Below are positions 29,086 to 37,241 of a stretch of DNA of 64,000 nt, one piece after another; position 1 is the first letter of the stretch; every line of letters begins with the position of its first letter. Under the pieces are notes generated by a model that had not been told where the DNA came from, searched no databases, and saw nothing but the letters and a program-made list of their open reading frames with translations. A program made the translations under genes and the position numbers. This stretch comes from an uncultured Acidobacteriaceae bacterium. Lineage in GTDB: Bacteria; Acidobacteriota; Terriglobia; Terriglobales; Acidobacteriaceae. Where the stretch lies: contig OY969625.1 in NCBI GenBank assembly GCA_963701685.1, forward strand, positions 2,170,879-2,234,878, read 5' to 3'.

Positions 29086-29940
29086 TTAATTCCTGTGACG
29101 GCTGTTGCTTCTGATGGCACGTGGCGTGGTTGTCTCGGCGGGCTGAGCAGGAGCACGTTCGGCGGTAAGGAGAGGTTCGGGGTTGAAGGCAGGCTGCTTG
29201 CGGCGAATGCGGGCGAGGTCGAGTTCGTAGCGGCGCATGGCGATGCCGATGCTGCCTTTGACGCGGGCAGCGAGCTCGGCGAGGAGGTCGCGGCCATCGA
29301 GGGCGGCGATCTTGGTGCGGTCGCGGAGGTCGGCCATTTCGGAATGGGCGAGGGCTTCGATCTCGGCGTCGATGGTGAGGATGTCGTCGTTTGCCTGGGC
29401 GATTTGTTGGGTGAGGCGGGCGAGCTGGGCGGCGGCGGTGAGGTCGTCGCCGGAGTCGGTGTCGGGGTCGTAGCCGTTGAGCATGCGCTGGAGGAGGTCA
29501 GCGTCGTTGCGGTTGAAGGCGGCGTTGGCCTGGGACATTAGATGGTTACGATGGAGCTCGTCGTGGGCGCTGCGGGCGCGGTCGGGATGGATGCGCTTGG
29601 CTACTTCGCGGAAGAGGGACTTGAGGTCGAGCGCTGCTGGATCGGGTTCGGCGGTTGGGGTTGGTTCGGGTTGGGGCTCCAGTCCGGGCGGTTCGGGTTG
29701 AGGTTGGGTTGGGTTGTGGAGTTCGGCGATGCGGTCTTCCCATTCGTCGAGCTGGATGTAGAGGACGCCGACCTGGCGGATGTAGCGGCCTTCGAAGCTG
29801 TTGAGCTGGGCTCGGAGGTGGTCGAGGTTGGCTTCGCATTTGGCGAGGGCGGCGCGGAGGCTGGCGAGTTCAGCGCGGCGGCGGAAGAGTTCGGCGTCTT
29901 CGGGCTTTGGTTTTCGGGTGATCGCGGCGCGGTGAGGCAT
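29086..29940 (-). CDS. J-domain-containing protein with coiled-coil flanks
   Basis: LKSLFREVAKRIHPDRA contains the HPD tripeptide of J domains. A Pro/Glu-rich linker and heptad-like segments lie on both sides. Confidence 0.65.
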   Translation of the reverse strand: MPHRAAITRKPKPEDAELFRRRAELASLRAALAKCEANLDHLRAQLNSFEGRYIRQVGVLYIQLDEWEDRIAELHNPTQPQPEPPGLEPQPEPTPTAEPDPAALDLKSLFREVAKRIHPDRARSAHDELHRNHLMSQANAAFNRNDADLLQRMLNGYDPDTDSGDDLTAAAQLARLTQQIAQANDDILTIDAEIEALAHSEMADLRDRTKIAALDGRDLLAELAARVKGSIGIAMRRYELDLARIRRKQPAFNPEPLLTAERAPAQPAETTTPRAIRSNSRHRN

Positions 29941-29997
29941 GGGCTGATTGGATGATACGAGGTTGGACCCCCTCCCCCCTCCTGGGAGCGAATTTGG

Positions 29998-30194
29998 TTC
30001 GTAAGTTGATCAAAACAGACGGGTTGGATAGCAAAGTATCCCGTTGTTGGGATGATTTTTCGATTGTAATGCGATGAAAATAAATGGGTTAGATGGCAAA
30101 GTATCCTGCCTGTTTTGTTGGATTTCTGCGTGCAAGTTGATGAAAGCAGGTTGGTTAGGTGGCAAAGTATCCCCGAGATCATTGTAAGTGTGGG
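29998..30194 (+). repeat. three tandem direct repeats of about 63-69 bp, lower GC
   Basis: Units at 29998-30060, 30061-30125 and 30126-30194 share GTTGAT-AAA...GGTTRGRTRGCAAAGTATCC. Unit 1 carries the palindrome GGATA-gcaaag-TATCC. Confidence 0.8.
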
Positions 30195-30553
30195 AACAAA
30201 GGCGGTTACGCGCGGTTGGGTTGACCGGGGGCCTTTGACCCCCGGCAGTCTATGTCGGGCCTTCAGCCTTCCGATGGTGGGGCGGTGTTGACCTGGGCCT
30301 TCGGCCCAGGCTGGTATATGCCGGGCCGTTGGCCCTCGCTTGCGGGTGGGTTGGGCCGTGGCGCTGGCTTGCTTGTGTGTCGGGGAGTGAGAGGGGTTGA
30401 TTTAATTGTACGTGGTGGGTGGGGGTAAGTATGCCAAGTTGTTGGGAGAGAAATCGGCAATGGGGATGCGGGTTTTGTAGCTTTTGAGGGGTGGTGGGGG
30501 GTTGACATGCGAATTTTGGGGTGTTTTTGGGGGTGGTGGGGGATTATCTTTTT

Positions 30554-30588
30554 CCAGCTTCCAGCTTCCAGCTTCCAGCTTCCAGCTT
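30554..30588 (+). repeat. perfect heptamer array (CCAGCTT)x5
   Basis: ccagctt repeated five times without mismatch. Confidence 0.95.
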
Positions 30589-30599
30589 TGGCTTTTGGC

Positions 30600-30660
30600 G
30601 TCTGGCCTCTTCCGGAAGCAAGGATAGAAGCAGATTTTCGGAAGATGGCAGAAAGTACGG
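30600..30660 (+). repeat. family D element (degenerate copy)
   Basis: agaagcagattttcggaagatggcagaaag aligns with the cores at 39683, 41888, 49221 and 54613. Confidence 0.7.
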
Positions 30661-30795
30661 CGTTGGGTGACAGACGGGGCTCCCGAAGGGGCAGTATTTT
30701 GTTGGGCGGTAAGCGAAACATTTGTTTAGAAAACGCGTCTGGAATGGGCGTGGAGGTTTCTCCACCTTTCAGACATTGGATTTCGGGAGATTGCC

Positions 30796-31965
30796 ATGAT
30801 GCCTCGTATCGGGTTGGTCCGGCGGTTGTTTTTTGGTGCGCGTAACGGGCGGGCGTTTGGGTTGCGGGGTGCGCTGGCACTGGTCGGGATGGCGGCGATG
30901 GTGGGGCTATCGGGTTGCTACTGGGGGTATGGCTCGTACTACTACTACTGGGGTGGGGGGAATGGCGGGAACAATGCGCTGTGGGTGGCAAATGGGACCA
31001 ACGTGGTGGAGTTTTCGCCGTCGCAGCTGACGAACGGGGTAAGCGATCCTACGCCGCGGCGGACGATCAGCTCGAGTGTTTTTTCGTCGCCGCAGGGGGT
31101 GGTGTGGGATTACTACGGCGATCTGTGGGTGATTGATGGAGGGACGATGGCGAGTGGCGGGACGGTGGCGCCGGCGCTGTATGAGTTCACGCCGCGGCAG
31201 TTGTCGAACCTGTCGAGCAATAGCGCGCCTACGCCTGCGGTGACGATCTCTTCGTCGAGCTTTGTGTTTCCGCAGCAGGCGGCGTTTGATAACAACGGAA
31301 ACCTTTGGGTGAGCGATAACGGGAGCCAGGCGGTGTATGTGTTCTCGGCGAAGCAGCTGAGCACGACGGCGAGTGTGACGCCGGCGCAGACGATTACGTC
31401 TACGCCTACGTTCAACGGGCCGCTGGGAATTACGTTCGACTATCGAGGGAATTTGTATGTCGCGAATAACGGGACGACGACGATCTTTCAGTTCAGTGCT
31501 TCGAGTTTGCCGTTGGTGAATCCGTCGACTACTACGTCGGCGAGTACGGCGCTGACGCCGGCGGTGACGCTGAGCGATAACGGGTCGGGGTCGATCCAGG
31601 CACCGTGGGCGCTGGCGTTTGATGGCAATGGGAATCTGTGGTCGAGTAATGCGAATGCGCCGAATACGGTGGTGGAGTTTACGCGATCGCAGCTTGCTGC
31701 GAGCGGAAGTCCGACGCCGAATATTACGCTGGCGAGTGCGACGGTGAGCAACAACGCTACGCTGGTGGCTCCGAATGGAATTGCGTTTGATAACTACGGC
31801 GATTTGGCGGTGATGAGTTCGGCGGCACCGTTTGGCATGGCGGGATATGGGCCGTCGCAGTTGCGCACGAATCCGTCTAGTCCGCTTACTCCGGCAGTGT
31901 TTCTGGTGGGGAGTTCGACTACGCTGAATGCGCCGGCGGGAGATGCGTTTGGGCCTACGTACTAG
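30796..31965 (+). CDS. NHL-repeat beta-propeller lipoprotein
   Basis: Lipobox LSGC after a signal peptide. Repeated ...P.G.a.D..GNLWV.d / GNLYVAN blades characteristic of NHL repeats. Confidence 0.7.
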   Translation: MMPRIGLVRRLFFGARNGRAFGLRGALALVGMAAMVGLSGCYWGYGSYYYYWGGGNGGNNALWVANGTNVVEFSPSQLTNGVSDPTPRRTISSSVFSSPQGVVWDYYGDLWVIDGGTMASGGTVAPALYEFTPRQLSNLSSNSAPTPAVTISSSSFVFPQQAAFDNNGNLWVSDNGSQAVYVFSAKQLSTTASVTPAQTITSTPTFNGPLGITFDYRGNLYVANNGTTTIFQFSASSLPLVNPSTTTSASTALTPAVTLSDNGSGSIQAPWALAFDGNGNLWSSNANAPNTVVEFTRSQLAASGSPTPNITLASATVSNNATLVAPNGIAFDNYGDLAVMSSAAPFGMAGYGPSQLRTNPSSPLTPAVFLVGSSTTLNAPAGDAFGPTY

Positions 31966-31998
31966 GGCAGGATTAGGGAACAGGGATTAGGGATCAGG
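31964..31998 (+). repeat. G-rich heptamer array (AGGGNNN), family A
   Basis: tagggcaggattagggaacagggattagggatcagg; begins on the TAG stop of the NHL gene. Confidence 0.85.
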
Positions 31999-32099
31999 AG
32001 GACGAATTTCGCGAATTTGCTCAGGAAATAGTGCAAAAAATCGTTGTCTAGTTAAGCACAGAAACGACGAGATTTGCACCGATATTTTGGTGTTGCGCG

Positions 32100-32434
32100 A
32101 TCGTGAATTTGTGGCATGATTCTTCTCAACGGAAGAGAGATCTTCCAGAGAAGAGAGAAGAATCAGAGGCAGCGAGGGACGGCAAAGAGACCCACTTCGG
32201 GCAACCGGAGACAGGGATCGGAGACGAAACTCACACTTCGGGCGACCGGAGACATGCAGCCACTGAGGGCAGCTCACAAGATTTGCGGAACGAACGAACG
32301 ACGGACAAGCGGGCTTGCTCGCGGACCGAAGGGAGGACGGGAAGCGGAGATTGATCTGGTGCCGAAACCAGATCTTCGAAGATTCGGACGGCGGAAGGGC
32401 GGGTCCTCGCGAGAGGGTCCGCCCTAAAGCTTTT
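32100..32434 (+). ncRNA. candidate structured, purine-rich ncRNA of unknown class (5' end not defined)
   Basis: No credible ORF. Perfect 10-bp stem GATTCTTCTC/GAGAAGAATC (32118-32164) with nested GGAAGA/TCTTCC. 8-bp stem GATCTGGT/ACCAGATC. Duplicated CACTTCGGGCRACCGGAGACA. Terminal 12-bp GNRA-loop hairpin at 32397-32424 followed by TAAAGCTTTT. Confidence 0.3.
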
Positions 32435-32436
32435 AA

Positions 32437-32510
32437 GGGTCCAGGGTCCAGGGTCCAGGGTCCAGGGTCCAGGGTCCAGGGTCCAAGGGTCCAAGGGTCC
32501 AAGGGTCCAG
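32437..32510 (+). repeat. longest G-rich array: (GGGTCCA)x6 then (AGGGTCCA)x3-4, family A
   Basis: Perfect heptamer copies followed by octamer copies; canonical G3N4 spacing. Confidence 0.95.
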
Positions 32511-32613
32511 CGGGAGTAGGGATTGGTGGTGGAAAGGTGTCAGGGGTGCGGGCGAGGCGAGGCGCTGTGGGGTTCTTCGGCTGCGCAACTCGCAAAGGCG
32601 CGAGCTGTTTCGC

Positions 32614-33039
32614 TCAGGATGACAGAGTTGGGGTGGGGCGGGAGAAGAGCTTTAGGGATGTCAGGTAGAGGGTTGTCGTAACAGCAGAGATCAGCGTCGC
32701 GATTCCTGCGAGGTACCACGCTTCGTGTTTGTCGTTGATGCCACTGTGGTTCACGATTGCAAAGTAAATGCCGATGGCAATCATCATGCAAGGCCCGATG
32801 GCTGCTCCGATGAAGGCGAGTTGCCATGTAGGGCGGTGGGCTGTTTTGTTTGGAATCACAATAATTGGCAACGCGATGAGCCAACCAGGAATGACAAGGA
32901 AGCTTGCGAGGTAGGCGAAGCCGGATGCTCGTTCAAAGAAGAGATGTTTTCCGTCGGGAATGCTGATTGCGAAGCCCGTCAAGAGTTCAGCGACAATTGC
33001 GCTGAGAAACGCTAGGCCGACACGCTTCCAGCGAGTCAT
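32614..33039 (-). CDS. small membrane protein (about 4 TM), unknown family, lower GC
   Basis: 141 aa and hydrophobic; its ATG overlaps the TGA of the upstream propeller gene (ATGA at 33036-33039). Confidence 0.55.
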   Translation of the reverse strand: MTRWKRVGLAFLSAIVAELLTGFAISIPDGKHLFFERASGFAYLASFLVIPGWLIALPIIVIPNKTAHRPTWQLAFIGAAIGPCMMIAIGIYFAIVNHSGINDKHEAWYLAGIATLISAVTTTLYLTSLKLFSRPTPTLSS

Positions 33040-34178
33040 ATGAGGGGGTGGCCTTCTATGCCGAGGTCGGCGTGGAAGATGGTGCTGTTGGTGGCCAGGG
33101 CGCAGCAGCCGTCGTCGAGGAAACAGAGGCCGATGAGGTCGTTGCCGGCTACGATTAGTTCGGCTTCGGGGGTGGAGGAGGTAGGGGTATCGCGGAGGCG
33201 GACGATGCCACGGTGGCCTCGGAGGGAGGCGGCTACGTAGAGGTTGCCGTCGATGTCGAAGGCCATGCCCTGGGGGCGGCCGAGACCTCGGTAGTAGGTG
33301 GTGGTGGTGCCGTGGGGGTCGATGGCGTAGATGTTCTGGTGGGAGCTGATGGTGGGGGTGGTGACCATGAGGACGCCGTCGGGGCGGAAGCAGAGGTGAT
33401 AGAAGGCGGTGGAGGGCTCGAGTGTGGCGAAGACGAAGATTTCGCCGGAGCGGTTGGGGTTGTGCGGGTCGAGTGCGCTGCTGGGTGTGAGCGAGAAGGG
33501 GGCGGCGGTTGGGGTGCGGCTGGGGATGATCTTGAAGATGGTGCCGGAGCGGTCGCCTACGAAGAGGTTGCCGTCGCGGTCGAAGGCGATGCCGGTGGCG
33601 ATGCCCATGCCTTCGGCGAAGGTGGAGACGAGGCCGGAGGGGGTGATGCGGTAGATGGCGCCTTCGGTGCGGGAGCTGGCGTAGAGGTTGCCGTCGGGGC
33701 CGAAGGCGAGGGCGGAGACGTTGAGGAGCTCGCGGGTGAAGGCGGTGACCTGGAGGTCGCGGGCGATGCGGAAGATGGAGACGGGGACCTGTTCGCCGCG
33801 GGGGCCGGAGACCATGGCGAAGAGATTGCCTTCGGCGTCGACGGCGGGGTTGGAGATGACGTGGAGGTCTTCGACCATAGGGACGCCAATGTTGGCGTGG
33901 AGGAGATTGCTGGCGAGGCCGTCGCGGCGGAAGGAGAGGTCGGAGGAGATGGCGCCGGAGGGTACTCGGATGAGGGCGCGGGTGGGGCGCGCGAGGTCGA
34001 GGTGCGCGGGGATTTCGCCGAAGAAGGCTTGCGGGAGTTCGGGGTCGGCGGCGTTGTTGTGCGCGGGTGACATGAGCTGCGAGCCGAGGACTTCGAAGCT
34101 GCCGCCGGGGATGGCGGATCGGGGATAGAGGCGGTCGAGGTGTGGGGCGTCGGGGCGTGTTGGGTGGAGCAGAGGCAT
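33036..34178 (-). CDS. NHL/SMP-30-like six-bladed beta-propeller protein
   Basis: Start at MPLLHPTRPD (ATG at 34178); repeated blades DAEGNLFAM, GPDGNLYAS, DRDGNLFVGD, DIDGNLYVA. Confidence 0.7.
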   Translation of the reverse strand: MPLLHPTRPDAPHLDRLYPRSAIPGGSFEVLGSQLMSPAHNNAADPELPQAFFGEIPAHLDLARPTRALIRVPSGAISSDLSFRRDGLASNLLHANIGVPMVEDLHVISNPAVDAEGNLFAMVSGPRGEQVPVSIFRIARDLQVTAFTRELLNVSALAFGPDGNLYASSRTEGAIYRITPSGLVSTFAEGMGIATGIAFDRDGNLFVGDRSGTIFKIIPSRTPTAAPFSLTPSSALDPHNPNRSGEIFVFATLEPSTAFYHLCFRPDGVLMVTTPTISSHQNIYAIDPHGTTTTYYRGLGRPQGMAFDIDGNLYVAASLRGHRGIVRLRDTPTSSTPEAELIVAGNDLIGLCFLDDGCCALATNSTIFHADLGIEGHPLI

Positions 34179-34355
34179 GTAGTGGTTAAGGTATGCGCGT
34201 GGGTTGGTGGATGCAAATCCTGCGCGGATGGCGGGAGGCTTCGCGTGGCGCGGGTTAGGGCTGTGGCGGGGGCTGGAGGGGTCCGCATCTGCTCGACACC
34301 CGCTCATGGCGATGGTGCCATCATGAGCGGGGCACCTGGCTTTGGATGGGAGGAG

Positions 34356-34850
34356 CTAGAAGAGGTGGTGGTGGAGGTAGCTGAGGAGGAGGCCGGTGAG
34401 GAGGGCTAGGAGGCCGGCAGCTACGTCGTCGAGCATGATGCCGGTGCCGGTGGGGAGGGCTTCGAGGCGGCGGATGGGCCAGGGCTTACCGATGTCGAAG
34501 AGGCGGAAGAGGAGGAGAGCTAGTAGGGCATGCTGCCAGTTTGGTGGTGATGCGATGAGGGCGAAGAGCTGGCCGGCTACTTCGTCGATGACTACGAAGC
34601 CGGGGTCTTTGGTGGAGGACTCGCGGGCCGTGATGGTGGAGGCGGGGATGCCGATGGCGGTGATGAGGAGGGCTGCCAGGGTTGTTGCGATGGCGAGGGT
34701 TAGGCGTGTCGGGTTGAAGATGCTTGCGGCAGCTAGCCAGAGCAGGACGGCGAAGATGCTGGCGTAGGTGCCGGGGCCGGGCTTGAGGTAGCCGGCGCCG
34801 AAGAAGGTGGAGAGGGCCCAGGCCCAGAGGGTCTTGCGTTGGGTGGTCAC
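34356..34850 (-). CDS. pgpA: phosphatidylglycerophosphatase A
   Basis: FGAGYLKPGPGTYASI, VIDEVAGQ, FRLFDIGKPWPIR, GIMLDDVAAGL; the start codon is GTG. Confidence 0.85.
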   Translation of the reverse strand: MTTQRKTLWAWALSTFFGAGYLKPGPGTYASIFAVLLWLAAASIFNPTRLTLAIATTLAALLITAIGIPASTITARESSTKDPGFVVIDEVAGQLFALIASPPNWQHALLALLLFRLFDIGKPWPIRRLEALPTGTGIMLDDVAAGLLALLTGLLLSYLHHHLF

Positions 34851-34914
34851 TTGGAGATTTTACGCGCGGAGAATTTGCGGGGCGCGGGGAGAGCGGTCGC
34901 GCTATCGCGCGATG

Positions 34915-34958
34915 CCCACCTTAGCGACGATGAAGCCGTCGCGTAGATGGGGTACACG
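34915..34958 (+). repeat. family E hairpin element (CCCAC...GATGGGG)
   Basis: gcccaccttagcgacgatgaagccgtcgcgtagatggggtac; related to four copies inside the amidase gene. Confidence 0.75.
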
Positions 34959-34981
34959 GGAAGGCGGGCGGTTGGGGGAGA

Positions 34982-35227
34982 CTAGTTGCGCCACCTGGAG
35001 TGGGGCTTGTAGTCGTTGAGAGAGTCGGCGGTGGGGTTGTTTTGTTGCTGGGCGTGCTCGAGGTCTTCGAGGAGGTCGGGGTCGAGGATGGGGGAGGAGA
35101 TTTTGTAGTCGCCGGAGGCCCACTTGCCGAGGTCGATGGTGCGGCAGCGCTCGGAGCAGAAGGGGACTTCGGGGGAGTCGAGGGGGACGAGTTTTTTGCA
35201 GATGGGGCAGTGGAGGGGTTTGGTCAT
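34982..35227 (-). CDS. yacG: DNA gyrase inhibitor YacG (zinc ribbon)
   Basis: Start at MTKPLHCPICKK (ATG at 35227); CPIC...FCSERCRTIDLGKW is the YacG signature. Confidence 0.8.
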   Translation of the reverse strand: MTKPLHCPICKKLVPLDSPEVPFCSERCRTIDLGKWASGDYKISSPILDPDLLEDLEHAQQQNNPTADSLNDYKPHSRWRN

Positions 35228-35509
35228 GGTGTCACGCTGGGTTGATTTTACTAGGGTGGCGGGGAAGTAACGAAGTTGCCGAAGACCAGCTCTGCAGGAG
35301 TCTCGCCTGGAGGGTCGGCCCTGGTTAATGAGTGATTCGGCGATTTGTCGATCACTCGGAAGTCGAACGGGCCGCCGCAGATCGGTGACGAGAAGCAGGT
35401 TTCCACCAAGGCTGCGCGGCGCATGGAATCGTGAGGGTTTCAAAAACCGATATCCCCGCCCCTTCGCGTAAGGGCGCGCGATAAGGACGGGGTAGATGGC
35501 CTGCTGCGG

Positions 35510-36067
35510 TTACTTTTTGGGTCGCGACTCCGGCGGCACGAGACCTTCGAGGCGGTAATACACAACGAGCTGGCCGTAGTGTTCGCCGCTATGTTCGATG
35601 ATGCCGTAGGCCATGTCGAGGACGCGCGATTTCTGCCCGGGGAAATACTCAAACTCCGTCGTCATACCGTTTTCGCCTTGCGCCTGGATGGCGGCTGCGC
35701 CATCGGCGAAAGCTTTCTTGACGAACGCAACGACGTCGGCCTTGGTTTTATATTGCTCGCGCTTCGGATCTGCCGTGGGAAGCTTCTGCCGCGTCACCGT
35801 ATTCGTGAAGTAGTAGCAGGAACCCGCCGCGTGCAGCAACTGCTCGGCAAAGGTCCGCTGCGCGGGTGTGGGCTTGTAGTCATACTTGTCTTCGGGAAAA
35901 TCTTCGGCCATCACCGTGAGCTTCCGGCCAATCTCATTCCAGGAATCGAGCACGACTTTCACTTCCGGCTCGGCAGGTTTGGCTGTGTCTTTCTTCATCG
36001 TGTCCTGGGCACGGGCGGCAAAGCCACATGCCAACAGGACGATAGCGAGAAACGGTAGTCTTTTCAT
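35510..36067 (-). CDS. secreted DinB family protein
   Basis: Start at MKRLPFLAIVLLACGFAARAQ (ATG at 36067); C-terminal IEHSGEHYGQLVVYYRLEGLVPP, typical of the DinB four-helix bundle. Confidence 0.8.
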   Translation of the reverse strand: MKRLPFLAIVLLACGFAARAQDTMKKDTAKPAEPEVKVVLDSWNEIGRKLTVMAEDFPEDKYDYKPTPAQRTFAEQLLHAAGSCYYFTNTVTRQKLPTADPKREQYKTKADVVAFVKKAFADGAAAIQAQGENGMTTEFEYFPGQKSRVLDMAYGIIEHSGEHYGQLVVYYRLEGLVPPESRPKK

Positions 36068-36110
36068 TTCTTTCTCCAGGATTGAGTTTCGCGAATCAAG
36101 CCTACGCTTC

Positions 36111-36623
36111 TTATTTCGCCTGCGTGAGCCCCGTAACAACTGCGGCAACTTTATCGAGTGTCTCGTTCCAACCCTCCCATTGTCCGCTCTCCTTTGCGCT
36201 CGCCATGGGTTCATTTCCGATGAAGGTGAGTTTCGTTCTGCCGTTTCCGAGATCCTCAAAGAGGGTCACGTCGTACGCCCCGTCGATGGCTCCCTGTTCT
36301 ATTCCCAAGTCTGCAGGATCAATCTTGTTTCCCTTCGCGTCCGAAAAATACATCAGGGAGACGATCTTCTCATGCGGAACAATCTCGAAGTATTCGACTG
36401 CATTCCAGCCGCAGATCTGCCCATCCGGCGCCTGCATGCAGCAGAGAAGCTTTCCGCCAACGCGAAAATCCATCTCGCACGCGGGGCAGCTAAAGCCCTT
36501 CGGCCCCCACCACTGCATGATGTACTTCGGGTCGGTCCAAGCCTTCCAGACCAGTTCGCGTGGAGCATCAAAAATTCTTGTAACGACCATCCGCTCGATT
36601 TCGTTAACTATGTTTTCTGCCAT
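36111..36623 (-). CDS. SRPBCC (AHSA1/START-like) domain protein
   Basis: RIFDAPRELVWKAWTDPKYIMQWWGPKGF is the Aha1-like SRPBCC N-terminal signature. Confidence 0.85.
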   Translation of the reverse strand: MAENIVNEIERMVVTRIFDAPRELVWKAWTDPKYIMQWWGPKGFSCPACEMDFRVGGKLLCCMQAPDGQICGWNAVEYFEIVPHEKIVSLMYFSDAKGNKIDPADLGIEQGAIDGAYDVTLFEDLGNGRTKLTFIGNEPMASAKESGQWEGWNETLDKVAAVVTGLTQAK

Positions 36624-36957
36624 TTCTGGCCTCCTCTTTCTTCATTTGATTGACAACGACTTCGAGCTTGTCGAAGCTGTCTTCCCAGAATCGGCGATAG
36701 CTGATTGCCCAGTCGCTGACCGTCTTGATTGCTTCGGGCCTGAGCGTGCACACACTCTCTCGTCCACGCTTGGTCTTGGTCACAATCCGCGCCCGTACCA
36801 GGGTTGCGATATGTTTTGAAATCATCTGCTGCGAGAGCGAAAACGGTTCCGTCAATCCATGCACAGAGGCAGGCCCGTGGGAGAGCCGTTGGATCATTGC
36901 CCGGCGGGTTGGATCAGACAAAGCCGCAAACGTTGTACCAAGTTTATCCACAACCAT
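36604..36957 (-). CDS. ArsR/SmtB family transcriptional regulator
   Basis: FAALSDPTRRAMIQRLSHGPASVHGLTEPFSLSQQMISKHIATL (wHTH); the 3' end overlaps the SRPBCC start by 20 nt, the usual ArsR-SRPBCC pairing. Confidence 0.85.
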   Translation of the reverse strand: MVVDKLGTTFAALSDPTRRAMIQRLSHGPASVHGLTEPFSLSQQMISKHIATLVRARIVTKTKRGRESVCTLRPEAIKTVSDWAISYRRFWEDSFDKLEVVVNQMKKEEARNGRKHS

Positions 36958-37241
36958 ATGGTAGTGGATTATTGGGCAATGTCAACTGCGTCGCGCATTA
37001 TCTCTATGGATGACCATTGGAGGCTCGGGAATGTGACACTGCCGCTATTCCAAAAAATGATGCCGACCCTGTCCCATCGTGCTGCGCTGGTCGGTCTTGG
37101 TTTGTGTACGCTCGAGCGGGTAAGGGCAGTGGCGACGTGGTTCCGACGTGAATGCAATCACGAGACCCTCGGCCGTAGTGGATGCAACCAGTTGGCGATG
37201 CCTGGTCCGTTGACGTCAGCAATGCCGGAGTCTGATCAGGG

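Noticed and set aside
30095-30111. Sigma54 promoter (TGGCA...TGC) inside the tandem repeat units
   Set aside because: The GG to GC spacing is 11 nt rather than the required 10, and only one of the three units has TGGCA plus TGC.
30263-30991. 242-aa minus-strand ORF
   Set aside because: It translates the (CCAGCTT)5 array as KLEAGSWKLEAGSWK, runs through other repeats, and overlaps the NHL gene start on the opposite strand.
32437-32510. Possible CRISPR array
   Set aside because: The units are 7-8 nt with no spacers, no cas genes are nearby, and none of the tandem arrays has the 25-40 nt repeat and spacer architecture.
31987-32595. 202-aa minus-strand ORF in the convergent gap
   Set aside because: It reads straight through the heptamer array (PWTLGPWTLDPGPWTLDPGP) and the structured purine-rich region; no start context and no protein-like core.
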